Assembly: GCA_045159875.1 (NCBI GenBank)
Contig: CP067995.1
Coordinates: 1,280,001 to 1,344,000 of the forward strand
DNA: 64,000 bases
Direction of reading: 5' to 3'
Source: a cyanobacterium endosymbiont of Rhopalodia gibba
GTDB lineage: Bacteria; Cyanobacteriota; Cyanobacteriia; Cyanobacteriales; Microcystaceae
The notes beneath the pieces are model-generated. The model did not search any database. It saw nothing but the letters and a program-made list of their open reading frames with translations, and was not told the DNA's origin. The translations under genes were made by a program, and so were the position numbers. Shown piece after piece: positions 13,595-23,815 of the stretch (the stretch's first letter is position 1; each line of letters begins with the position of its first letter).

Positions 13595-14520
13595 CTGATG
13601 ATGTTATCTCAAACTGAATAATATAGAATTAATTAGTGAAGCGCAAAACTAAAGCACTTTGAAGTTCAAAACTCCAAAATTTTCTTAGTCCATAAGATCT
13701 CTTTTTAGTAAACCTCAACTTGTTATTAATACCTTCCATTTTTTGATACAATAGGTAATATCTTCCCAATGCAACACCTAACCATCCTACTGTTTTTTTG
13801 CTACGATAAATTAGTTTTTAAATCCCCAAGCTAGTTTCAATAGTCCTAATACCTAGTTTTAAGTTTTTTAAAGACTTGATCTCAATTACTATTTAAATTA
13901 GTGTATTTTTGAGATAACTAGCGAGTTTTTATACACTTAATTTAAGTTAGCTTTTTTTATCTTTAAAAAGATAAAAAATATTTGTTCTTATTTACCATAA
14001 TTTTCTTCATTTTTGACTAGTATTTTAAGAGCTTTAGCTTCTATTTTAATTATTTTTCCTTAATTACCTAATTGAGCATTGACTTGTTTCATTGAATGGA
14101 ATACATTTTCTACTACTTCAGCTTATGATATTAATTGATATTTTTTTTAGCTCCATATTTCTATTTTTGATTTTAGTAAAAATATGTTTTTCAAAAATTT
14201 TTAGGTATTTTACTATTCATTTCCTCTAATTTTTTTATTTCTATAATTATTACGCTTACTTCCTGATTTAAGTCTAATAACACAACAAAATAACTTTTTG
14301 TTTCTTTAATTACAGCAATTTTATTAAATATTTACTATTTTTATATTTTTTTATCAACAATTATTAATCTAAATTTAAAAGTATTATTTTTCTTTATTAT
14401 TAACTTACTTTATTTGTCCTGTTTAAATTTTCAATATTATAATTGTAAATATTTTAAATTAAAATTTTTACAATTTATTTCTACTGGTAAAATGCAATAA
14501 ATATAAGTTGCTATTCAGTA

Positions 14521-14564
14521 TATTTACCACTTATTATTTGGTACCAAATAATAAGTGGTAAATA
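14521..14564. repeat. 44-bp perfect palindrome with no spacer
   Basis: TATTTACCACTTATTATTTGGT|ACCAAATAATAAGTGGTAAATA. Confidence 0.95.
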
Positions 14565-14813
14565 GTGAAATCTTCTATACTTAAAATATTATTTATTAAG
14601 CTAACTTAAGCATTTAATGCTATAGACATTCAGTCTAACTAAAGTACCAAACTTAACATAATTTAACTCAAAAATAAAACTTGCTAGAGTATTAGCTGTA
14701 TAATAATTACAGCTTTTTATAAGGCGATTGTTAGTAGTCAAACTTTGTCTCTATGTTATCATTTTTTATATGATAGGTTTATTAAAACCAAATTAATTAC
14801 TCATAATTAATTC

Positions 14814-16319
14814 ATGAGAATCACTCAATCAAAATATCAAGTTGAATATATTCCTCATTATCAACCTAATCAACTGATCTGTGGTTATGGACAGACTGCT
14901 ATCATTACTGGATGGACAGTTCGACAGTCAGTAGCTAAACGTTTAAACCCAGAAGACTATGCAGTTATTGGTAATTTGTATAGTCCTACTAGGGGAATTA
15001 GTCCATTAATTCGCAATTTATTAGCTAACCCTCATGTTCGGTATTTAGTGATTTTACAGGCAACAAAAGAAGATAAAAATGCTGGAGGATGTCAATGTTT
15101 ATTAGATTTCTTACAACAAGGTTTTAGAGAAGGAATCAGCGAGACAGGCAGGAATATATGGGTAGTCAATTCTAAGATCACCGGATATATTGACATTGAA
15201 ATTCCCGCTGATATCTCAGAGAATTTGCGTCAATCTCTAAAATACAAAGAAGCAAGATCAATTGAAGAAGTAATGAATATAATCCAAGAATTTAATCAAT
15301 TCAAAATAAAACCTTGGGGTAAACCGTTAATTTTTCCTGAAAGAGAAAATTATCCAACAGTTTTACCAGGTCCTAGATATGGTCATCGGATTGAAGGAAA
15401 AACTATTGCGGAAACCTGGATTAAAGTATTACATAGAATTAAAACAATAGGAACAATTAGACAAACAATGTATGGACAATGGCAAGAATTAATTGATCTA
15501 ATAACTATTGTTACCGATGAACCACCAGAGTTCTATTTCCCTGAACCTAATTATTTACCTATTAACAAAAATTTTCTTAAAGATTACATTGGACAAATAT
15601 TAGACGATGCACCCCAAAAAGAAGGGGTAAAATATACATACGGACAACGGTTAAGATCGTGGTTTGGAAAAGACCAAATTGAACAATTAATTAATAAATT
15701 GGTAGGAGATATTGACTCATCAAGAGCCGTCATGTCATTGTGGGATGTAAGCGATTATGAAGATAGTGATAGTCCTCCTTGTCTCAATCATATTTGGGTG
15801 AGAATTGTTGATAACGAATTATCCTTAACTGCTACATTTCGTAGTAATGATATGTTTTCTGCTTGGCCAGCTAATGCAATGGGATTAAGATTTTTACAGC
15901 AATTTATCCAAGATAAAATTATAAAAAAATCTAATTACAATCTAACTTTAGGTCCTCTAATTATTGTTAGTCAAAGTGCACATATTTATAGTGACTGCTG
16001 GGAACATACACAACGAATTATTGATACTGAATATACAAAAATCAATCAGAAAAAAAATTTTGATGACCCCAGTGGTAGCTTTTTAATTTCAGTTAAAGAT
16101 AATCGCATTATTGTTGAACATTTAACTCCAGGTTCAGGGGAAATTATCAACTGCTATTCAGGCAAACTTGCTCATCAACTGTATAAAAAAATTGCCTTAA
16201 ATTCCCCTAGTATTCAAATTGAACATGCGATGTATTTAGGGACAGAATTACAAAAAGCAGAATTGTGTCTAGTTAAAAAACTAAATTGTTATCAACAAGA
16301 TATACCACTAAGTTTTTAA
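14814..16319 (+). CDS. thyA: thymidylate synthase-family protein with N-terminal MtrA-like and C-terminal DUF4346 domains
   Basis: TS motifs YTYGQRL, PPCL, FRSNDMFSAWPAN, SAHIY. N-terminal GISPLIRNLLANPHVRYLVIL resembles MtrA. C-terminal DPSGSFLI...EHAMYLGTELQKAE...YQQD resembles DUF4346. Confidence 0.85.
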   Translation: MRITQSKYQVEYIPHYQPNQLICGYGQTAIITGWTVRQSVAKRLNPEDYAVIGNLYSPTRGISPLIRNLLANPHVRYLVILQATKEDKNAGGCQCLLDFLQQGFREGISETGRNIWVVNSKITGYIDIEIPADISENLRQSLKYKEARSIEEVMNIIQEFNQFKIKPWGKPLIFPERENYPTVLPGPRYGHRIEGKTIAETWIKVLHRIKTIGTIRQTMYGQWQELIDLITIVTDEPPEFYFPEPNYLPINKNFLKDYIGQILDDAPQKEGVKYTYGQRLRSWFGKDQIEQLINKLVGDIDSSRAVMSLWDVSDYEDSDSPPCLNHIWVRIVDNELSLTATFRSNDMFSAWPANAMGLRFLQQFIQDKIIKKSNYNLTLGPLIIVSQSAHIYSDCWEHTQRIIDTEYTKINQKKNFDDPSGSFLISVKDNRIIVEHLTPGSGEIINCYSGKLAHQLYKKIALNSPSIQIEHAMYLGTELQKAELCLVKKLNCYQQDIPLSF

Positions 16320-16442
16320 TCAAGAGAGATACATTATGCTATTCTCTTTATCAGAAAATATAATAGACTTTAAACAAATGAGTGAAATTCAGATGGCATT
16401 AATTGATATTCTTTGTCAGATATATTTTGTTTGAATAAATAA

Positions 16443-16482
16443 AAGTAACAACAAAAATTTTAAAAAATATTTGTTGTTACTT
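16443..16482. repeat. inverted repeat, 13-bp arms
   Basis: AAGTAACAACAAA-N14-TTTGTTGTTACTT. Confidence 0.75.
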
Positions 16483-16838
16483 AGAGGAAATACTAATGCG
16501 ATCTTTAAAAAAATAGTGGTCATATAAATGTGTAAATAATTGGCAATATTCTGTTCTTAAGCATTTGAGTGTAATTTTACAAATCTTAAAAAATGGTTTA
16601 ATTTCAAAAACTTACCTTAAAGTTTTGATAAAACGATCAGATTGTAAAAAATATATAAGAGGAAAGAATCATGTACTTTCCAAAAGTTTTACAAGAATTT
16701 ATCCTTTTACTCTAAGACTAGAATTGTAGCCTCTGATTTCTTTTATAAAAATTAAAAGAATAAATAGTTACTTCTTTTAAAAATGATTATCATAAGGGAT
16801 GAAGACATATATCAAAAATGAAAAGGAAACGTGAGGAC

Positions 16839-17267
16839 ATGAAACTTAAAATCATCAAATTAAGAGAACAAGCAGTGATTCCTAGATATGAACATAACAA
16901 TGATTCAGGTCTTGATTTAATTTCCATAGAAGATGTAGAAATTAAATCAGGAGAAAGTCAATTAGTCAAAATAGGGATTTCTATTGAATTACCTCCAAAT
17001 ACTGAGGCGCAAATACGTCCCAGAAGTGGACTAGCATTAAAGCATAAAATCACTGTTTTAAATACGCCAGGGACTATCGATGAGGGATATCGAGGAGAGA
17101 TTGGAGTTATCTTAATTAATCATGGGAAAACATCTTTTCAAGTAATACAGGGAATGAGAATTGCTCAAATGGTTATTGCTCCAGTAATTCGAGTTAAAAT
17201 TGAAGAAGTAAATGATTTGAGTGATACAACCAGGGGACCTAAAGGATTTGGCTCAACTGGTTTTTAA
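16839..17267 (+). CDS. dut: dUTP pyrophosphatase
   Basis: [35 protein letters not shown] 16839 follows GAGGA. Confidence 0.95.
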   Translation: MKLKIIKLREQAVIPRYEHNNDSGLDLISIEDVEIKSGESQLVKIGISIELPPNTEAQIRPRSGLALKHKITVLNTPGTIDEGYRGEIGVILINHGKTSFQVIQGMRIAQMVIAPVIRVKIEEVNDLSDTTRGPKGFGSTGF

Positions 17268-17348
17268 GTTATTTTCTAGGTAATTCAAATTAATAAATAA
17301 TTCCTAAAATAAAATAGTTAATTACAAAGAATAATTACAGAATAGACA

Positions 17349-17882
17349 ATGAAATTGTTAGAAGAACAACGACCAACCTGGGATGAATACTTTTTGATGA
17401 TCGCTAAACTAGCAGCGACGAGATCAACCTGTTTAGCATTTCCTGTCGGTGCAGTTATTGTCAAAGATCGACAAGTATTAGCCACAGGGTATAATGGTTC
17501 TCCTTCAGGATCAGTTCACTGTACTACCCAAGGATTTTGTTATAGAGAATTAAGTAGCTGTAATGCTTCTAGCAGCTTACCATCCCGTGCGGTTCATGCA
17601 GAAGCAAACGCAATCACCCAAGCAGCAAGACATGGAATTCCCACCGATGGTGCGGTTGTTTATATTACCTTAGAACCCTGTATTTCTTGTTTGAAATTAA
17701 TTATTTCTGCTGGGATAAAAAAAGTTTTCTACGAAACTGAATTTAATAGCGGGGATAAACTTTTGGTTAGAGATTCTTTTGTTAAAGATGGTTTAGTGAC
17801 TTTAACTCAAATTAGACTTTCTAAAAAAATGGCACAACGAGCCTCATTATTTTTATTAAATCCAATATCAATTGCTAATTAA
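17349..17882 (+). CDS. dCMP deaminase family protein (ComEB-like)
   Basis: RPTWDEYF, TGYNG, HAEANA, PCISC Zn-deaminase motifs. Confidence 0.9.
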   Translation: MKLLEEQRPTWDEYFLMIAKLAATRSTCLAFPVGAVIVKDRQVLATGYNGSPSGSVHCTTQGFCYRELSSCNASSSLPSRAVHAEANAITQAARHGIPTDGAVVYITLEPCISCLKLIISAGIKKVFYETEFNSGDKLLVRDSFVKDGLVTLTQIRLSKKMAQRASLFLLNPISIAN

Positions 17883-18094
17883 AAACAGAAAATTAAGTAA
17901 CTACAAGGAATGGTTATTAATGTTAAGAACATATCCTAATTAATGAAATTATTATCAATATAATCTCTATTGCTCAATTTTTTCCCTAATTGCATTTTTA
18001 CAATATACTTTAGATCTAAGTCCTAAGAGATTGTAAGTAGTATTATTCCCTCTTGAACCCTTACCTCTAATTTAAAACGGAGAGAAGTCTTGTC

Positions 18095-19144
18095 GTGAGT
18101 ATTTTATTAGCCGGAGATATTGGTGGAACCAAAACAAGTTTACGTGTAGTTGAATCAGAATCTCCTGATAATACAAACAACGTACCACAGCAAACAACCT
18201 TATATGAAAAAACCTATTCAAGTCAAAAATACTCCGATCTCGTGCCGATGATACAAGAATTTGTTCAAGAGGCAACTGAGAACTTAAATCAATCTTTTAA
18301 GGTAGAAAACGCTTGTTTTGGGATAGCAGGTCCTGTGGTGAATAATACGTCAGAACTAACCAATTTAAATTGGTATTTAGACGGTGCTCGCTTACGACAA
18401 GATCTATTCTTAAACAAGGTTACCCTAATCAATGACTATGCTGCCATCGGCTATGGCATTTTAGGACTAACTTCTGATGACTTGTTCATTTTACAAGACG
18501 TTCAGTCTGATCCCCAAGCCCCAATCGCCATTTTAGGAGCTGGAACTGGTTTAGGAGAATGCTTTTTAGTCCCTTTAACTGGAGGAAATCCTCTTGTTTG
18601 TGCTTCAGAAGGAGCTCACGTAGATTTTGCCCCTCGCTCCGTCCTAGAATTTGAATTACTTAACTATATCAGTGAAAAATATAATTTAGAGCGGGTATCG
18701 GTAGAAAGGGTAGTTTCAGGAAAGGGAATTGCCACTATTTATCAATTTTTACGTGATCGCTATCCCGATAAAGAATCAGAAACATTAGCTCAAATTTATC
18801 ATACTTGGCAAGAGAACTTCGATCAAAATACCGATTTATCGGCTGAAATTTCTAAAAAAGCCATAAAAAAAGACGATTACCTTTGTCAGCAAACGATGCA
18901 ATTGTTCGTTGAAGCATACGGTGCAGAAGCAGGGAACTTAGCCCTAAAATTATTACCCTACGGAGGATTATACGTTGTTGGCGGTTTTGCGTCCAAAATC
19001 TTACCTCTGATACGACAGGGAGACTTTCTTAAAGCATTTCATGCCAAGGGACGAATGAAAACGTTAATGCAAAAAATTCCTGTGTATATCGTTTTAAATC
19101 CTAAAGTTGGCCTAATTGGTGCTGCTTTATATGCGGCGAGATAA
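18095..19144 (+). CDS. glk: glucokinase
   Basis: LAGDIGGT, LINDY, GAGTGLG, SEGAH. Confidence 0.95.
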   Translation: MSILLAGDIGGTKTSLRVVESESPDNTNNVPQQTTLYEKTYSSQKYSDLVPMIQEFVQEATENLNQSFKVENACFGIAGPVVNNTSELTNLNWYLDGARLRQDLFLNKVTLINDYAAIGYGILGLTSDDLFILQDVQSDPQAPIAILGAGTGLGECFLVPLTGGNPLVCASEGAHVDFAPRSVLEFELLNYISEKYNLERVSVERVVSGKGIATIYQFLRDRYPDKESETLAQIYHTWQENFDQNTDLSAEISKKAIKKDDYLCQQTMQLFVEAYGAEAGNLALKLLPYGGLYVVGGFASKILPLIRQGDFLKAFHAKGRMKTLMQKIPVYIVLNPKVGLIGAALYAAR

Positions 19145-19225
19145 ATTAATAGACGCGATCACCACTGCCAATAACTGATAAGATTGTTTGAGTTACTCTT
19201 CATCAAAGAATTTTACCTCGCCTTG

Positions 19226-19690
19226 ATGGCAACTGTAACCTTACTTTCTAACGCGCCTGACATTTCAATCGATAATTACTGTGTTTTTGGCTTAGTAACC
19301 TGTTATCTAAAAGAAGATGGAAAATTTTTTGAAATTCAGGTAATAGAACCTATTCCTTCTGCTGCATTAGAAGCTATTTTGAAGGGTATTTTTACTTCCT
19401 ATCAATTAACCTGTGCAAGATCACTAGGAGAAGTTATAGAAAAAGAAGTATTATACAAACCCTTAGGATTTCCTGATAACGCCCAATTTTGTTTCAATTT
19501 TGCGGAAAGAGTCGCAAGAACAATACGAACTTATAAGATACGAACAAAAGTAAAATCTCATATTCCTGAAGGAACTTCCAGAAATGATTTTAACTATTCA
19601 TTAAAAAGAAAGCGAGTTTTTAATACGGTTAATGTTGTACGGAAAAAAGATAATGTGAAGCAGCATTCTCATGCACGTCAAATACTTTAA
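19226..19690 (+). CDS. conserved cyanobacterial hypothetical protein
   Basis: Intact ORF with EPIPSAALEA and DNVKQH motifs seen in cyanobacterial hypotheticals; probable ATG 19226. Confidence 0.65.
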   Translation: MATVTLLSNAPDISIDNYCVFGLVTCYLKEDGKFFEIQVIEPIPSAALEAILKGIFTSYQLTCARSLGEVIEKEVLYKPLGFPDNAQFCFNFAERVARTIRTYKIRTKVKSHIPEGTSRNDFNYSLKRKRVFNTVNVVRKKDNVKQHSHARQIL

Positions 19691-19787
19691 TTAAAGTAGT
19701 ACAGTAATCAGAAACAGACATAATCTCCTGTCAAATTAGCGATGTTAAGAGGAGATTCGTCGGTCTGTTTGTGAATAACAACTAAAT

Positions 19788-20990
19788 CTAAGTTTTGCTT
19801 ATACTTAGTTTTTGTTCTAACTGACGACTTGCTAAGGACATCAAATAACAGAATATCCAATAAATTACAGCAATAAATAAATAAACTTCTGCATAACGAC
19901 CAATAAACTTAGGGTTAGCTAGAATTGATTGAGAGATTCCTAATAAATCGACTAATCCGACAATAGCTAATAAAGAAGTATCCTTAAATAAACTAATAAA
20001 TTGACCAACAATAGTAGGAATAACAGCTTTCAATGCTTGGGGTAAGACAATTAATGTTGATACAAAGATTGTATTAAATCCTAATGCTTTGGCTGCTTCT
20101 ATTTGTCCTTTAGGAACTGATTGTAATCCCCCTCGGATATTTTCTGCCAAATAGGCCGAACTAAATAACGTTAACCCTGCAATCGCTCGAATTACCCGAT
20201 CAAGACGTACTTCCATAGGCAAAACTAGAGGTAACATAACCTGAGCCATGAAGAGAATACCAATTAAGGGTAAACCGCGAATTATTTCAATATAAGCAAT
20301 AGATAACCATCGAATTATAAGTAAATTACTTTGTCGTCCCAAGGCTAATAAAACTCCAAAAGGAAAAGATAGTGTAATACTTACAATAGCGGTTAACAGA
20401 GTTAGAATTAATCCACTTAAGTCATCCAGCCTAACAGTTTGAAAAAATAGTCCGCCTTGAAGTACCCAAAGAACAACAAAAAAGGTTGATAACCAGATTA
20501 ATCCTAACCAAGTTTTTAGAGTTGGAAATTCTTGTCCTAACTTTTGTCCCTCCCAACTACTGATAATCAATAAAATTAGTAATCCTAGAAGTGATAAGCT
20601 AGACTGAGTACTTACAGGAATAGCTAATAGAGAGAAAAACACTGCTAACAGAGAAAATAAACCAAGAGTAGCTGTATTAAACAGTTTAATTTTGCAGTAT
20701 AAAATTCCCCAGGAAAACCCAGCTAAAGTAACAACTATTCCTAGACTTAACCAAGCACGCCACAATAGATTAATGGGATATCTTCCTACAAAAAATAACC
20801 GTAAGTTTGCTTTAACGACTTCCCATTGCGCTTGGTTAAAAGACCAATGAATTAAACTTGAACTAATCCAGTATAAAAAAAGAATACTAATGAAAGTGAG
20901 AAGGATGTTATACCACGTACTAAAAAGATTCTTCTTTATCCAAATTAAAAGACTGATATTATACACAGGAGGTAAAAAAGAATTAGGCAT
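19788..20990 (-). CDS. amino acid ABC transporter permease (AapM/NatH-like)
   Basis: NLFSTW, IRGLPLI, AYLAENIRGGLQSVPKGQIEAA, FKDTSL. Confidence 0.9.
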   Translation of the reverse strand: MPNSFLPPVYNISLLIWIKKNLFSTWYNILLTFISILFLYWISSSLIHWSFNQAQWEVVKANLRLFFVGRYPINLLWRAWLSLGIVVTLAGFSWGILYCKIKLFNTATLGLFSLLAVFFSLLAIPVSTQSSLSLLGLLILLIISSWEGQKLGQEFPTLKTWLGLIWLSTFFVVLWVLQGGLFFQTVRLDDLSGLILTLLTAIVSITLSFPFGVLLALGRQSNLLIIRWLSIAYIEIIRGLPLIGILFMAQVMLPLVLPMEVRLDRVIRAIAGLTLFSSAYLAENIRGGLQSVPKGQIEAAKALGFNTIFVSTLIVLPQALKAVIPTIVGQFISLFKDTSLLAIVGLVDLLGISQSILANPKFIGRYAEVYLFIAVIYWIFCYLMSLASRQLEQKLSISKT

Positions 20991-21012
20991 AAGTTAGTAT
21001 TAGATACGAATC

Positions 21013-21450
21013 GGTTCTACCGAACTTAGGATGGTAAGCTGATAGTTGGGAATCAGGAACAAAAAATAGTATAAGGGAAAAGCTCAAAAAAATGTCAGAT
21101 ATTAATTATTTTAAAGACCGAAAAATTTAGTAAAAAGGTTCGGATATTACTGTCAAAGACTGTCTCCTTACTAAAAATCTTCCAAAAAGTCGATATATGG
21201 TATAAGCTAACCAAAAAGGAGTGCTGCCTTAATTTTGGATGATATAGCAGGAGGATGTAGAAAACGATATAGGGAAGAATGTATTAATTTTTTTAAAAAA
21301 GTGCAAAGTTCTGTTGATGGAATAAAAAAACTAACCTCATTTTATCTAAAAAAGTAGCACTCTGATCTAGAAAAGAGGTGGAGATAATTCGTCCTTTAAT
21401 TACAAGAGAAAAGTAAAATAATTATTAGTCTTATCAGAAGATAAGGAATT
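21013..21450 (+). mobile_element. ISL3-like terminal IR followed by eroded sequence
   Basis: GGTTCTACCGAACTTAGGATG matches the element ends at 186 and 12344; the downstream frame is barely readable. Confidence 0.5.
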
Positions 21451-21882
21451 TAAAATATGTTCTCTGTTCTTAAAGTGTTAGTTTATATGACGGGTTTGAT
21501 CGAACATATAGATATTTTAAACTTTAAATAACTTAGAAATTATTAATTTTTTTTTAGTCAGATGCATAGTTGTCATTCTATATAATGGAATTATAAATTA
21601 AATTCGTTAAAAATTATAAAAGTTTTAATTTTTTTTAGATTATTTGGGACAAAATTTTAATAAGTAAAAGTTGAAATTTTTGTACTATAAGTTATTAACT
21701 ACTAACTTATAATGCTTGGTCGAGAAAAGCCACATTTTAAAATTTTTTCTTGTTATCTTACTAATTAACTACACAATGGTACCAGATAAATCATTTTAAA
21801 TACCTAAATAATTTGGCAAAAACTGAGACTTTATTCTAGAAATAATGATTGTTCTTCTTGAATTGTATAATAAGTCACTATC

Positions 21883-22457
21883 ATAACTCTTCAATTAGGT
21901 AATTTCGTTCCTGACTTTACTCAAAAATTTAGTGAGGGAACCATTTACTTTCATGAATAGGCAGGGAACAACTAGGTTATTCTATTTTCCAACCCGGCCG
22001 ATTGTACTCTTGTTTGTGTCCCAGAATTGGGGGCAGTTACTAGTCTCAAATCAGTAATTCAACAAATGTAATGCTAAAGTTCTGGCGTTGAACTTGTTGA
22101 TGTCAATTATCCTATGTTTGCTGATTGGGATCGCAAGTTTGTGACTTATATAGAATGATTCACCTAAATTTACTCAATAATCTGACAGTGTTTTAGGTGT
22201 TTATTATCGACTTCAACAAGAAACTACGCTTAACCATCACCTATCCAGCTAGTAGTGGACAAAATTTTTATGTAATTTTGCGGGTAATTGATTCTTTTGA
22301 GTTGACAGCTCATCATCAAGTTGCAACTCCTATGGTAAAAAAAAAGTGATTGTGTCGTTGTTTTTTCTCTTTTAGAGAGGAAACTAAATATGAATTTTCC
22401 CAAATAATTACCGCAATCAAACCATACTTACGTATGACTCCTTAACCCACTAAGTAG
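21883..22457 (+). pseudogene. 1-Cys peroxiredoxin (Prx6) pseudogene
   Basis: (I)TLQLGNFVPDFTQ..YFHE*AGNN*VILFSNPADCTLVCVPELGAV..VNYPMFAD..KKLRLTITYPASSG..ILRVIDS..HQVATP..PYLRMTP*; stops, frameshifts and an internal deletion. Confidence 0.92.
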
Positions 22458-22519
22458 TAATTTGTAAATAAAAGGGGTAGGTGTTATCAATCTCTTATGT
22501 CATCTTTTATTCATTAGAA

Positions 22520-23454
22520 TATGGTTACTTCTCTTGGATTTGACATGAGAGATTATCTCAGCATATAGTAATCTCTTTTAAAGATTCTTAATTTTCCTGA
22601 TAAAATTGCTGAGTTTTAAGAATTTGATGACAAGAATAATTTTGGATTTCTTATAAAAAGAAGTCCTAACAAAACTTTCTCTAGTAAAGGAAATAACAGA
22701 AACATCTAAATATATTGTTGCACAAAAAGAACTAAACCTAAACTTAGGAACTACTTGATCACACACAAGCATGAAATCTACTGGACTGGACGTAAATATG
22801 CCCAGTAACTTTAATTAAACTTGACTTAAATTTTGATCAAAAATTTATTGTAATCCTGACTCTCCCAATGTTGATAAAATAATTTTTTCTATGGGTTAGT
22901 TTGCTTAAATTTTTATCTTAATTACGCTCCATTATCATTAAGATTTCCCCTGGTTTATCATACATCAATAATTTTATTCAATGCTGTTATTGGATTAGCT
23001 ATCGGTAGGAGAAACAGATGAGCACACTTTTGATAACACTGGCTAGTTAAATCGGGAATTTTTAAAAATTCTTCTTCTCATGCTTGATAGATAAAATCCC
23101 AGGCATGCTCATCATACAACAAAGAACCCCCACAGCCTTCTCCATATAAAGTTGACTTCTTAAACAATTAAAGTCTAAGTCTATTTTTTGAAAAAAATCC
23201 TGTGTTTTTTACCGAGTTATTGTGGTGTCTATTTTGAGACTATCAGATTGAATTATTCCGACATCAAATTTTCATAAACGCTAAATAAAATCTTTTGCAA
23301 TGTAAGACTCTAGTAACCAGCGAGGGTCAGTAGTAACTAGAATCAATAAAACACTGGGATTTAAGGTTTGAATAGCAGCAGTTAAAGAAAATAGACAAAC
23401 TGCATGACCAAAACCATGACTGGTTTCAGATAAATAGATCATAGATTTAGTCAT
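22520..23454 (-). pseudogene. glycosyltransferase-like pseudogene
   Basis: MTKSMIYLSETSHGFGHAV..ILVTTDPRWLLESYIAKDFI*RL*KFDVGIIQSDSL..PVDFMLVCDQVV, matching the cyanobacterial HGFGHA/APRWLLESY/RPVDFMP family; 3' end approximate. Confidence 0.8.
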
Positions 23455-23597
23455 GGTATTAAGTGTCTTGATTGTGTTGTTCCATAACCACGACTATGTA
23501 AACTTATCATATTGATCATACTGACAATTAACTTAACTGCTCTCTGGAATGAATAGCTGTCACAGTCAAAAAATACTTATTGTCAGGGCATAACAAA

Positions 23598-23669
23598 TGG
23601 GTCGCCTGGGATTCGAACCCAAGACCAATCGGTTAAAAGCCGAGTGCTCTACCGCTGAGCTAGCGACCC
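23598..23669 (-). tRNA. trnK: tRNA-Lys(TTT)
   Basis: GGGTCGCTAGCTCAGCGGTAGAGCACTCGGCTTTTAACCGATTGGTCTTGGGTTCGAATCCCAGGCGACCCA cloverleaf; CCA not encoded. Confidence 0.97.
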
Positions 23670-23815
23670 TCTGTGCTTTGTTACACACTGTGGCAAATGA
23701 TAACATCGATTTTAGAGAAGTGCAAGCCCTATTGAAGAACTCGCCTGAAACACTTAGGGAATTGACAGAGTTAGGGTTAGAAGACAGTAAGAAGTTGTGA
23801 CTTTTTTAAAAAAAC

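Noticed and set aside
22578..22772. 64-aa ORF as a standalone gene
   Set aside because: Fragment of the glycosyltransferase pseudogene
23597..23800. 67-aa ORF
   Set aside because: Antisense to tRNA-Lys
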